NCBI RefSeq assembly: GCF_964204645.1
Contig: NC_134030.1
Span: 13,944,656-14,008,655, forward strand
From: Tubulanus polymorphus
Taxonomy: Eukaryota; Animalia; Nemertea
DNA: 64,000 nucleotides
Direction of reading: 5' to 3'
Numbering within the stretch: position 1 is the stretch's first letter; each line of letters starts with the position of its first letter. Positions 25,187-38,327 of the stretch are shown here, one piece after another. A program made the translations under genes and the position numbers. The notes under the pieces are model-generated. The model was given only the letters and a program-made list of their open reading frames with translations, was not told the DNA's origin and searched no databases.

Positions 25187-28100
25187 CACAAATCAGTTAA
25201 TGCTACATGACATATTTTCAGTGAAACCGAGCATGAGTCACATAATTTCGTGGATACAAAACTCTGCGCTTGGAAAATGTCGGTCATTTCCAGGATGCTA
25301 CGGTGAATTGTAAAAATCTAGACGTACACGTGTGACCTGTTTACAGAACTGATAAGAAATTCCAACGAGTCATAAAACTGAGAAGTATACATGCGCATAT
25401 ACAAAACTACACTTGGAGTAACCGCGAGTTTCAAAAACAGATTTAGAATACTATATATTTCACGAATCATTCGATGAACATTGTATGAATAGATTTTCAA
25501 CAATACGTCATTATAAATGATACATCAATATAAATATTTTCGGATTATAAATGCGCATTCAAATTTAGTAATAGGAACCCCAGTGTTTTAGTAATATTTC
25601 ACAATATGTTTTATGTTTATATAGTTGACATTTCTTATAATCTTGCACTGATGGAAATGATCCGCCGTTTTCTATAATATACTGTTTTTCCCATCCTGAG
25701 AGTTTGTTTTTGAAATCTCTGCGTTTCGCAAGAATCCTCGTTTGAACAACCGCCAAAGTATTAAGAAATTCTTTCCGTTTATGTGGTTGCCTTCTTAGCC
25801 GTAGAAATTCATTGACGAGGGGAGTTTCACCCAATAACTCTCTCACGAGATCGCCAGTGTCCTTTTTCTTCTCCGCATTGACTGAAAAAAATGATTAGAT
25901 TATTTATTACTTAAAAATCGAAATTAGACACATTGAAATGAATTCTGAAAAGATTAAAAAGCTTACTTTTCGGGGTGCTACATGAGATTGAAGATATTTT
26001 CCTATTTGTACTGAGATCGTTCTTCGAAGAATCTGTGAATAAAATTATGTATATCATACATGGTCATCTTTAGACTAAAAAAGCAGCTGACCGTAATCTA
26101 AATCATACGATATACACACCTGTAAGGTTTTGCTTATCTAATGAGTGTTTTTCGAGGGATAATTCAAGTTTACTTCCACCTGTAAATCAACGTTTTAATT
26201 AGATTCACGCTCAAAACTTTCATAATAAATTTCAATGTATGGTCTAGGCTATTCAATTATAATAGCGTAATAACATTTGGTAACTAACTTTGTATTAATC
26301 TGTATTGTTGTATCATCTGCGGGAAATACGGACGATTCATCGACTTTGTCTATACTGGACATATCTGAAGAAATATTTTTGAGAACAGTCAAGTTAAAAG
26401 AAAATGTAAAAATATATCTTTGAATTTGAAATATCATATCAATTAAGCAATCTACCTAGGTCAGAATTAACTATATTTGGTGGCGATGTCATCAAACTAA
26501 TTTCTCTCGGCTCCATCAGTAAGGTTTCGTCTCCTAAAATAGCAACACAGCAATTAGCAATCCAATCGAATATAAATATATTGAATAGAGCTTTTTCATT
26601 TTCACTAATAAGCTCACCGGTTATTGCCTTAATTTGTACACATATTTCTTCATTTCTCTCAACTGTTTCGGATTCTTGGTGACGTAGAAACGAGATATCA
26701 GGTGACGAGATGTCAGATACCTCCGTAATGCAGTTAAATTCTACGTCTTCATTCTGATTTTGTGCTGAAAAGTAAATAAGCGTATTGATATTGGATACAT
26801 TGAAATATAAAATTATGGGGAAACGGCAATACTCACAGCAAGGCATATCGTTAATCAAGTCAGTTTCTACGATTTCGTCATCAGACATCTTAACTTTGAT
26901 CATTGGGAGACGTATTTTCTGTTTACACAACAAGTCCAGACAATCATCCCAGCATTTTCTGACATGCAACTCACACTCCTTTCTTGAGGATGACTGAAAA
27001 TGAAATTGCCTTGGAGTGATTCGCTGGTTGTTTTCATCATTTCCATCCATCCACTCTATTCCTTTGTCGCATACTTTCCACCATGTGTTTTCACCGAGTA
27101 CCAAATAATCAGAAATCCGTCGAAAATGTGCTTGAACTAGAGATCGTCTCTTACACAGCATGTCCCACGTAATAATTGTATTTTTACCGAATGAAGAGAG
27201 AACTAACTTTGGTCTCCTTGCTGATTCGTGACACCTGAATAGCTAGCGTATCTCGTTTATAGCAATTCTGTCGCTCAGCTTGATGGCGAAGAAAAATATA
27301 ACCGATAACGTAACCGGGTCTTTTTAGGCCCGTTGTAGCAGAAATACGCTTGCAGTCTCCAAATGTCCTTTCTTCATTTTCAGCTAATAGGGAACTTAGC
27401 GGAATCAAACGGAAGACATCAGCCATATGAGCGGTAATCGAAGGGAAATATGATCCATAGAAGCCACGTTTTGTTGTCTTTTTTGTTGACGGGATACCGA
27501 TTACTTTTTCACAAAGAAATCCGAACTCGGATGTCAGATTATATAATCGAAGGATGAGCTTTTGCGAACGTTCACTTTCCGGGCTGTAGGCTATATCACT
27601 GATTTCTGCAAGTGAAGATACAACTCTTAAAATATCTGTTGATATCAGCTCTTCTTTTTCCCATCTTTCACAGTGATTACACAATCGTACAAGTTGTAAT
27701 CGGGCATCACTCCCTTTAATCTGTGTCTTTCCTGCTAATAACTGGTCGTGGAGACATTTCATTTTTCGTTTGATTTCCTGGTTTTCTATATGTTCCGGTA
27801 GTTCATCCATGATTAACTTGGACATATTTGCGATATCATGTAGAGTTTCGATTTCGACGATTTCGTAATCATTGGAATTTAAATCATCCAGGGAAGCAGT
27901 TGGTGAATTGAACAGGACACTTGGGACTCGCTTTACGCCGGAAAGTTCTTCGGATAGTGCTTGCTGTAAGTCGGCTTTCAATTTAAGCTCCGAAATATCA
28001 ATTTTACGGGCTAAAAGTTCTCCTCTGATGTCATCGACCTTTAAGTTGCTAAAGGGTTCTATTTTGTTTGCATATTTCTTCCACATAATTCCTTTTGTAA

Positions 28101-31100
28101 CAATGTTTTGTTTTTCCGCAATTGATCGATGACATTTACTGAAACAGTGCGCGAGATTTTCATGTAAATTGGCATCCGCGCCACAGTGGCGCTGATAGTG
28201 ACCGCCGGAATTATTTCCAGCTTCGAATGCGCGTGCCGGTCCATCGCCACTAAAATATCGCATCACGTCATAATACGGTGTATCTTGACTCGATATAACA
28301 GGTAACCCAAGAGATTTCAAGTCTTCTAATCTTGTATCCATATATATCAATTGGTCTGCCTCGCTAGCTCCAGATCGGCCGATTATATATATCTCGGGTA
28401 TTTCGAAGACTTTTTGGATATTGATAGATCTTCTTTTTGGATATTTAATACGATATTATTCATCCGTCAAATAAACAGCGCGATCACATATAAACTGAAT
28501 CATAACCATGAAATGTGAATGTCCAGCAATACTACTGTGGTCATGCCAAAGTTTCATGGGTCGGGTCCGATGGAAATCGTGAACACAGTGACGAAGAGAA
28601 TCGACACAGCAATTTGCGCTTCGAGATTCACCGATTCTACTTAGATATGATTCCAATTCTTGGTTAGACACATTTTCGTCAAAGTCCCGCAGAATTCCTA
28701 ATTTCTCGTGACGGTTTAGTGCATCCTGTCGAATATTTTCTAGCGCCCTTTTTCGACTATACACAATTACTTTCTGTACTTCGAGTTTTCCATTCGAATT
28801 GATTATTTCTTTTTCGAATTCCTTCGGTGCTACAAGTTCACCCAGATTGATTTCCCCACTTTCAATTTTTCCTTTTATTTTTTTTGAAAGTTCCTTTGCG
28901 CTGCGCTCAAATGGTAAGGTGATGTGACCATAATAACGCTTTTTGCAGCGTCTCACACGCTTTGGGATATCTCTTCCTGATATCACGACATTAGTATTGA
29001 ATTTGTCGACATTTATTCCTTGCAATTTCGCATATTCCTTTAAGATCTGACCCCCCTTTTTACTTATTTTACCATCGTTTCCAGTAACATTATATTTTCT
29101 TCCCATCTCCGACCAGTTTATATGCGTATTTTCTTCCAATGTACGTATTTCAGACAGACAATCTGTTCTTTCAAAATTGTAGGCGTCGAGACAACCAACC
29201 GGATTCTTTTTTACTTGAGTACCGCTTTCCTCGGAGATTATACTTTGAGCAACACGATTTGCTGCAGTGGACATTTTCTCAAAATATGTTGCCTTAACAC
29301 GACGGTCATGGTGAGCGAAAGAATCTCCGATTGCTAATAATCGATTGTCGTCATCTTTAATTAACTGGTCACGTATTCGCCTTCTAGCGTTTTTCATTGT
29401 TTCATTAGTGGAGTTTGATTTCTGATAAACCGCCTGTAAATAAATGGAATTCGAATATTGATTAACATACAGTTTGAAATGTAAAGATTATAAATCCGAT
29501 ACATATCTTTCAATTCATATCGTCTCATCATGATAAGCTGTAATAGAACCGAACAGTTTCAATACATTAACTCTTCTGTGATATCGAGGAGTGTTGCAAT
29601 TAAGATTATACATGTATGCAGAACTCCAAACTTTGCAATGCATTGCCCGATTATTTAGAAGTGAGCGCTGTAGAGTGTATAAATTTCATTTTATCAGCCC
29701 ATAGTGAACAAAATGGACTTTCCCGCCGGAAATAAGTTAAAAAGAAAGATGTAGCTTTTAGGTGAAAACTATTAGCACTCGGGAGTCTACTTGAACTAAA
29801 GCGACTGCGGTTGATAATAGGATTAACGTGCTGTATAATAAACATTGTTGCAGCAATTCTGAAATTCGGGTGCGTATTTTTTCTACTAACGAAATAGGCG
29901 TTGCACCAGCCCAGCCATATATACCAATCAGCATGCAAAAACTGCAATGCAATAGACAACAAAAGACAACAATTTGTTAATTGGTTTTGTTTACGGTATA
30001 TATAACTCTGTAAAATGGATATAAACAATTAAACATTGAAATATTGAAGAAATAAAATTACCTTGATAGCATCTTCAATTGGCTCTTCATACGATTTCTC
30101 AAAAATGGGCTTTGCTGATTCGATGATTCTTTTTGCAGCCTTTCTTGCAGCCGTTTTCTGTTTGTTACGGGGCGGTTTCGCATTGGTAATTTCTTTGAGA
30201 ACCTCTCTACACACAGTGGAAGCAGATGATAGTCCTTTGTCTTTTTTGCTGACATGGAGACAACTAATATGACCGTCACGAGACTTGCAAGTAATAAATC
30301 CCTTAAGAGTATGGGATTCCTTTATATTTTGCGGAAGCTGGACCCAGCATTCATGAGAGAAATACTGTAAAAATTCTTCTTTTTCACCGTTTTGATTTTT
30401 ATGAAGCCAGTACTGTCTGTCTTTGAGCACAAGTTCGATCCGTTTTATTTCTCTCGGAAAAGTATAAGAATCCTTGAATTTCAAATTTCGTAAATCTTTC
30501 GTGATATTATTATATAGATTGGATCTTTCACCGGCTGTCAAATGCGAGTTATGACGAGATTTTGACTCACGTGAATGGAGAAAATGTTTGTCTTTTGTCA
30601 CTCTAGCTGCTAAAACTTTGACAAAATTACAGTAATCCATGATCGAGCATGTACCATGTTTTTAACGCAAAGCCTAAGTCAGAGAACATTAAATCTAAAA
30701 ACACATTTGTTTGTGGTTTATGTAAGTTGTATTTCCCGCCAAATAGCTGTTGCCGACCAACTCGCAACAATTTCAATTTTCCCTCGTTTTTAATTTCGGA
30801 GTTTTATATTTTGAATGGAGTTTTGTTTACAGGATATAACAAATATTTTGGACAAATACAAATAGTTACTTCAATATTATTAAGTGAAAATATTCTAAAG
30901 ATTTGTAGAAGGATAAAAAATGGCTAATTCGTAAACAAAATCCATTCCTGTATCTCATTGCCGTTCAATCACAGCGCTTATAATTTCTAAGAAATCTCAT
31001 ATATTATTAATTTGCTTATGCGAGATACTGTAAATAATTCCTTTAATGCGTAGTAGTTGTATCAAATTTAAAGTTGTAGGTAATACAACAAATATAATTG

Positions 31101-31763
31101 TCTTGTGAACTTTTATTCTGTCTGAACTATACGCATCACATGTGAACAGCAAGCCTATGTGTATAATGATTGACGTCATCCTTCCTAGCAGTGTTTCACT
31201 GTTGTACTATTTTTAGCATACGTCAAAATCTTTTACTGAAACCTACGCCCACCATTAATGATATGAATAAACATATAACGGAAAACGATGGCTAACATAT
31301 CAACCTAATAGCAGAGTATGGTCATCTTCAGGTAGTTATTCCATTTTACAAAAATGTGTATACATGATATAGGTCAGTCGGTTTTTGGTACAAAAAAATC
31401 GTAAAAGTTGACCTAGCAGACCAAATAGACAGACCCAAGCTATAACCATATACTTTTCAGTTAGATACTAACCTATAGTAAGCCATGTTAATATTCATGT
31501 ATGTAAGTTTTTAGTGGTGGGCGTGGATTTTGTCGATTCTATTCGGATTTATAGGTAAAGTAATTAGCAAATTACGGGAAAAGTAGTGGGCCAATCCGAA
31601 ATTTTATTTCACAGTTCTCTTCAGCACATGTTGACCTTTCATATTGGCACTGGTTTTTTAAACAAATGATAATTCATAGTAGAAAAAATTTAACATTAAT
31701 TTCCCTGGAATAACAACACATCGAATGGGCTGTACTGCAGCGTGCAGCATTAACTGATTTGTG
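25187..31763 (-). mobile_element. CAC...GTG DNA transposon (CMC/Transib clade) with 2-bp TSD
   Basis: 18-bp perfect TIR CACAAATCAGTTAATGCT; GA duplicated (25185-25186, 31764-31765); removal restores the capsid reading frame. Confidence 0.92.
25565..30640 (-). pseudogene. Spliced DDE transposase, RAG1/Transib/CMC-like, with SAP motif
   Basis: Exon 30640-30062 splices in phase 0 to an exon starting at 29433; motifs WHDHS, FSGDGP, TLHD, YF(P)SITAH, AENEE; in-frame stop at 28456, frameshift near 27200; last exon 25881-25565. Confidence 0.8.
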
Positions 31764-32666
31764 GAGTTCAATCCTCAAATCAAAATAAATTAAGATCAGA
31801 AGCTAATAATGCAGTAGTAACTAATGCTGCAGATAATTTGATAAAAAAGATTTATGGTAGTAAATATAAAATTCCATTAGACTTTGAATTGATGAATAAT
31901 AATGCACCTTTATATAAATATGCTATACAAGAATATATCATATTCGAAATAACATTTGCACCTGTAAATGAAATAGTATTATCGAGTGTAATAACATATA
32001 TGGGTTATAAATTATCGAATATATGTTTAGAATATGATACAGTAACTAATGAAATTATTGCTAGCATAATTCAAACTCAATACAACCAAGGATTTTCATT
32101 ATTGTATGCTTATATTGATAAGTTTAAAACTAACTATTAATGCAAATGATGAAATTATTAATGAGAATATTCACTTTCCAAGAAGATCTATTAAAGGTAT
32201 ATTAATATTTTTTACCATTGCAACATATTCTAATGGTGCAATAAATGTTGATAATTATTATAATCCTGAAATATAAAAAGTAGAAATAACAATTGAAGGT
32301 ATAGCAAATAAAATATCTTGTCCAGGAATGAGAATGATCGATCAGTGGCCAGAAATTAGAAAATATTTTATGAATGAAAAAATAAAATCATCTGAAAATT
32401 GTAATATTAATCAAATTGATTTTTATACCAGCAATAGATATGCATTATGGTTAGATTTTAGAACAACTAAAGATAATTTATTACATTACTGGGAAAAATT
32501 ACAAAATACAAAAGATGGAATACGATTATGCATGAAAAAGAAAAAAGGAGACAACAATTTCAAAATGCATATTTATATTATATCTGATGCGCAATTAAAT
32601 ATTATAAATTCTCAATTAGATAGTATTCAATATTAAGAATATAAAGTTAAAATGAACGATATATAA

Positions 32667-33783
32667 ATGAGGAATAAAAAAAACTCCTTATAAGAAAATT
32701 ATATTATAACCCTGAGAGTTCGGTTGCTTCATCTTCTGTGAAAAATATATGGCACCAAGTAAAACAAGATAAATTAGATAAGATTATCCCACACAATTTA
32801 GTTAAATATAAAGATATAAATGAAATTATGTTAGAACAAACAACATATACAACACATAAAAAATTGTTAGTAAATATAAAACTCGTAAAACTATGGTAAG
32901 TTATGTAGATCAACAGTGGCAATTGCGCAAGGAGATTTAATTGATATGAAAAATGTTAAGAAAGATAATGATGATTATTGGTGGATATTAAATAAAATTG
33001 ATATTTTTAGTCGTTATGTATGGGGTTTCCCACTTTACAGAAAAGATGCTGCACAAAAATCATTAGTTTAAAAAAAATTTCTTTCAGGTGATAAACTAAA
33101 ACCAGAAAAAATACAATTTGATGATGGAAAAGAATTTGATAATTCATTAGTTCATGAACTCTTAGATTATCATAATATTAAATATTTTTCAACAAAATCG
33201 GATAAAAAAGCAGCAGTTGTTGAACGATTTTATAAAACATTAAGAACTAGAATGTGGAAATATTATACAGCAAATAATACTTTTAAATGGATTGATGTTT
33301 TACCAAAATTGATAGAAAGTTATAATAATTCTTATCATTCTTCTATTGGAATGAAACCTATTGATGCTAGAAAACCTGAAAATGCTGAAATTATTTGGAA
33401 TGATTTATATGGGGCAGTTCTTATAGATGATTTGGTGAACCTAAATTTAAAGTTGGTCGGAATGTAAGAATTTCTAAGTATAAAAAGATATTTGATAAAG
33501 GATACGATCGTAATTCTACTAGAGAAATATATAAATTAAAAAAGGTAATAGCAACAAAACCATATGTCTATAAATTAGAAGATTTAGATGGTGAAGAAGT
33601 TGATGGGTATTTTTATGAAGAAGAATTAAGTTTAACTACTGAAAATCGAGACCAGGAATATGAAATTGAAAAAGTACTAAAACAAAAACTGTTAAAAGAA
33701 AGAAATATTCATTAGTAAAATGGGTTGGATGGCCAGATAAATTTAATGAATGGATATTATCAAGTAAAATGAAAAATATATAA
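32667..33783 (+). pseudogene. Polinton retroviral-like integrase (rve) with C-terminal chromodomain
   Basis: DLIDM, IDIFSRY, IQFDDGKEF, KAAVVERF, YNNSYHSSIGMKP, YFYEEELS, YEIEKVL...LVKWVGWPDKFNEWI; several frameshifts. Confidence 0.92.
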
Positions 33784-33855
33784 ATGAATTAGGAATTATT
33801 TATATTTGAGCCTCATAATATGTTAAATTCTGGTGTAACAAATTGTGGAAAAACT
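33784..33855 (+). pseudogene. Stump of A32-like packaging ATPase
   Basis: TAAATG start, then PHNMLNSGVTNCGKT (Walker A); similarity stops right after GKT. Confidence 0.6.
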
Positions 33856-35691
33856 GGAGTTATAACATTTTCAAATATTGAAAGTAAAAATTGTTCTACA
33901 ATAAACGAGCGAGGCGAAAGAATTGAAGGAATTAACTGTGAAGAAAAAACCGAGAACTCAAAAACAAATTGAATGGTCTGGGCAATTAGCAATTAAATCG
34001 ATTATGGTATTGTTATTTCTACTCCTTCTGACAATAGAATATTTGATAAATATTTATATTTTACTAGTGGATTTGTAATTGTATTCATTTTGATTGGATA
34101 AAGTTGGTATAAAAAATAAAATAAAATTTATGATATTAATAATTCTGAAACTACAACTGTTGAAATTCCAAAGTTCGCTATAAAAAAAGGATTGAAATTT
34201 TAGAAAAAAGCAAAAAAAAATTAATTCATTGATCAATATTTCTATTTTGTATCAATTAAATTTCTCACTACTTTTGTCTATCTATGAGGAGCAATTAAAT
34301 TGTCCAGATAAGTCATTTCGGGTTCTTAATATTTAATTAAGATATTCAATCTATTTAATCAACAACTTCTAAATCATGATGCCCGTCTTCATTTTTTCCA
34401 TGGTAAATTATTTTAAATCCTTCTAAAATTTTTAATTCCTCTGTACTCAATGAAACCCATTTATCAGGTAAAAATACTTTAAATTCTCACGTTGTACTAA
34501 CATTACAGTAACTTAAATTGCCTGATACTTTCTCTCCATATTTAATTTATGTCTTTTCTAATTTCAATATTTATGTTCAATTTCTTTTGTAACATCGACT
34601 TACTTTTTTATTTCTAATTGTTTTTTGCTGGTTTTATTCTGTTATTTATTGTCGCTAAGAATACCTTTCTATCTCCCATTTATTAGAAAAAAAAAATTAC
34701 TTGTGGTGATGACTGGTGTGTCGTCCTCTCGTCCTCTGATCTGAACCCGTGATATTCCAATTACTCATGTTACCAAAAGGCGTCAATAGATAACTTTTGA
34801 ACTGATCAAATTTGTAAATCAAGTTCGCTGAGTTGCAGGTCTAGAATATTCGTTCGACTACATCCAGAAAATTCAGCTTCAGAGAAAAAAAGGGACAGAA
34901 AAGTATCAGGTGATTATCGATAGCCTACTACGAAACACACAGTTGACAAAACGTGTTAGGCCTGTGCCTGTTGGTGCGTACTGGGACAACAATATACCGG
35001 TTGGTCAGTTGGTCATCCTTATTATTGAGACGACGCAATTTACCGAGATGAACCGAGATGACATGAAAAATAACATATTTATTTATTCCTTATCGATTTT
35101 AACGCTTGAAATCATATATCAGCATTAAATACCTGCTGGAGTCATATTTTACAAAATTTGTCGGATATTTTTGTAGAAAGATCTCTTTTCACTTTACCGA
35201 GATGAGGTCGTCAATCAATCTAATTCAATGAAATTTATTGCAGACCGAGATGACGTATTTGAAGTACGATAAGCCTACCATGCCTACGTACTACAAACAT
35301 AACTTTTTCCCTCTCGTCGGCCCTTCACTGATGTACTATAACTGGTACCATTATCACATGGATAGGATTTGGTCATGACTAGTCTAAAGTGTAATTCAGT
35401 TTATGCATTATTCACTCGATATTGTTATAACAATACGGTGAAGTATTCACTCGCAGAACGACTAATTGATTTGAACCCTGTGATTACATTTTGCTAAGGC
35501 CTTGTCTGACCTGCTGACATTTTTATTCAAGCCTAGATCCAAAACCTTCGTGTGGTCACGACTTGTATAGGCCTACCAGAAATCATGATGTAGGCCTGTA
35601 AATTTTGCTGTACGTAGGTTTGGTATACCGATTTCTCCTTGACTGATAAGTGTACTATGGTGACTGTAGGGCCATAGCGAAAATTTTCCTG

Positions 35692-35885
35692 TACGCAAAT
35701 CGGGGCGCCAGAACGCCAGAAACGCCAAAACGAAAAAACGTCCAATTTTCTCTTTTCTCGCCCCCGCCAAAACAACGAAAAACATCGAAATTTCTCTGAA
35801 AGTTCGTTTTGGCGCGCCAAATCGGAGAATATTTCTTTTTGGCGCCCCCGCCAATACGAACTTTCGTTTTGGCGCCCCCAGCTTA
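35692..35885. repeat. Cluster of direct and inverted GGCGCC(A)AAACG repeats; possible transposon end
   Basis: GGGGCGCCAGAACG (35702) mirrors CGTTTTGGCGCCCC (~35865); lies just upstream of the IS3EU-like gene. Confidence 0.45.
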
Positions 35886-36086
35886 AGGGAAATTGCATTT
35901 TGGCTAGTAAAAGGATTGGAACCGTGTCTACTCCAGATGCTGACATACAAATTATGTACATACGCATACGTACTCGTGCACGGAACGCTTGGTTGGACAC
36001 CGTTTGGTCTTGTATCCTTTTACGTAGTAAAGACCAAGTTGCTCAACGGTCGATTCTGTTGTTGATCTTGTTGATGATCTTAACAG

Positions 36087-38327
36087 ATTCCTCTAGTTGA
36101 TGATATTGTTAGGGAGTTTTTTGCAGATGGGTACACTAATGCAGAAATGAGGATTACCATGTTACTTAACTTTGGAATAACTATTAGGTACGTACGTATC
36201 TATGTAAATTCGAATTCTCCCATACATTACAATTTAGTTGATAATCGGTGAAATATTTTGTGATTCACATTTACTTATTGATCACTAAAATTCCATGGCC
36301 TACATTAAAATGGTCTAAGAATAGATTTTAATTGTCTGCAGCTACGTATGGGCACTACCATTTTTATTTAATATTACTCCTTATAGTGATATAATATATT
36401 AGTCCAGTCGACAAACCGTCTTGTTTATTTTCAACTTTCAGTGAACACCACCTCAAACGACAATTGAATAGGTTAGGTTTGAAGTGATGCTTATAACTGA
36501 TAGAAATTGAAAATACGTCTTTTGGGTTTGAGATTATGTTCTCTGGTTGAGCTGGCTGACAGCAGATGTTGCGTGGGATATCGTGCTATATGTCACAACG
36601 TCTCCGTCAACGCTACGTAATAAGAGCCCCTACGTAAGATGTATAATCGGGTGGCTCCCTACACGGTTAATTCCTGACATGATAAATGAAGGCGCTAAAA
36701 AAAATTAATTTCTCGAAAAATCTTTTTTGGCCAAATTGAAGAATTATCAGTTTTGTTACTCCTGACAAAAAGAACTTTCGAATCGGCCAGCATACGTATA
36801 AATATGTATTTGATTGATGTAAGACCTTTAAGATGAGATCTGGATCACTTCACTCATTTGTTATATTATTGTTTACTTCTAGGTCTCTAGTTTCCAATAT
36901 TCTTCAGAATTTAGACTTCGAAGGAGTACAGAATAGGACCCATGGAGTTTTAAGGCGACGACGTTACTTTAACAAGGGTCCCAATTATCGTGTCCATCTC
37001 GATGGTTTTGACAAGCTCAAGCCTTTTGGTTTCCCGATTCATGGGTGTATAGATGGGTAAACATAATATATAATTTATATATGCTTAAAGATATTATTTC
37101 CACATATCAACAGCAGAATAGTAAATACGTAAACGATAGTAAATAATGAGATGTGTCGTTTACAATCTGGCTTTTTCCAGAACTGCTTTCTTGGATGCTT
37201 AGAATTTGGTTTGTCGAATATGTACATAAACACAGTCTATATTTAAAAGATTTTCCCGACGAATCCTTTGGTTAAGAGTTGGAAATACTAATAATGACCC
37301 AGAGGTGGTTGCGTGGTACTTTTTAGATTTCGTTCAGGACATTGAAGGTAGATAGAATAGTCATACATAGATACACAATATGCCGAAATTATATGTGCCT
37401 GGGATAAATTATCTGTTATCAATCGTCGGTTAAGATGATACTCTAACAGTCATCTTTATACCTTCATTCAGCAGTTCCTCGTTGCATCCGTATGGACGCT
37501 GGAAGCGAAAATGGCAGAATTGCTGCGATTCAGAAGGCCTTTAGAGCAGAATATGACGACGAAACGCGCGTTCTTGTGGGTAGATCTACGAGGAGTCATT
37601 AATATAGGTAGATTTGGACAATCTCCATTTCTGGGCTAGTACCAACTTGAGATATTTTAAAACTCACCAATTGTTTTATTTTTCTTTGTTTTAAGAGCAT
37701 TGAACGATGGTGGCGAAGTCTTCGAAATGAAGTTGTCCAGTTTTGGATAACATATTTAAAGATATGGAGGAAAATGGAAGTCTATGTACCGTGGACGTTG
37801 TGCACATGTAGGTTTAATACCGGCCTTTAAAGCGTTTGGCGATCCACGCAGTAATTCCCCTTTCTCCAATATTTTTCAGCCAAACCTTAAGATACTGTTT
37901 TTTTTGATTTGATAAATGCCGATCTTCAGGATTTCGTGCAGGAGTGGAATACACATGTCATCAGGCCTCAACGAAATGTGGATGTTCCACCCGGAAAACC
38001 TGATCTATTATACTTCTCGCCGGATTATTACGGTACGAAATACGCCGTATAAAAATGAGCATAGGTTTCTAAGTTTCCGATGTTTTTATCACTACTTGAT
38101 AATACGAAATAATATTTTCAGGCACGATAGACTAAAAATTTCCAGTGGACTGTGGACTACTTCAGCAAATTCGAGAGGAATTTTGTTGTAAGCTGAATGA
38201 ATTGAGAGGCTGTGATCCGGACTTTTCAGCAATGTTTGATCTTTTAACGTGGCAGGGACAACAATCAGGACCGACATCAACCCCAGAAGCCGCTTCTTTG
38301 CTTGACTGGCTATTAACTCAATTCTGA
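36087..38327 (+). pseudogene. Multi-exon IS3EU-type integrase-core transposase
   Basis: HTH-like GYTNAEM...GITISEHHLKRQLNRLGL; LRRRRYFNKGPN...HLDGFDKLKPFGFPIHGCIDG|FSRRILWL; RMDAGSEN; IERWWRSLR; GT-AG introns; stops and frameshifts present. Confidence 0.8.

Larger units (their letters stand above)
24815..32636 (+). pseudogene. Polinton major capsid protein (double jelly-roll), split into 24815-25186 and 31766-32636
   Basis: NPDETLYVRIPRL...VVDNVGR; the rejoined junction reads IFQG|VQSSN; YKIPLDF, LSNICLEYDTV, ALWLDFRT, HIYIISDAQLNI. Confidence 0.85.
15277..34765 (+). mobile_element. Polinton/Maverick (endogenous polintovirus), internally deleted and decayed
   Basis: AGTAATTGG...CCAATTACT ends; ~90-bp TIRs (15277-15365 / 34672-34765); exact TSD CATGTT (15271-15276, 34766-34771); capsid and integrase genes; very AT-rich, intronless. 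Confidence 0.96.

Noticed and set aside
29651-30028. RAG2-like or second gene inside the CAC element
   Set aside because: Lies within the first intron of the transposase; no kelch or PHD features.
35533-36000. Overlapping 155- and 125-aa ORFs
   Set aside because: Produced by the GC-rich GGCGCC repeat cluster.
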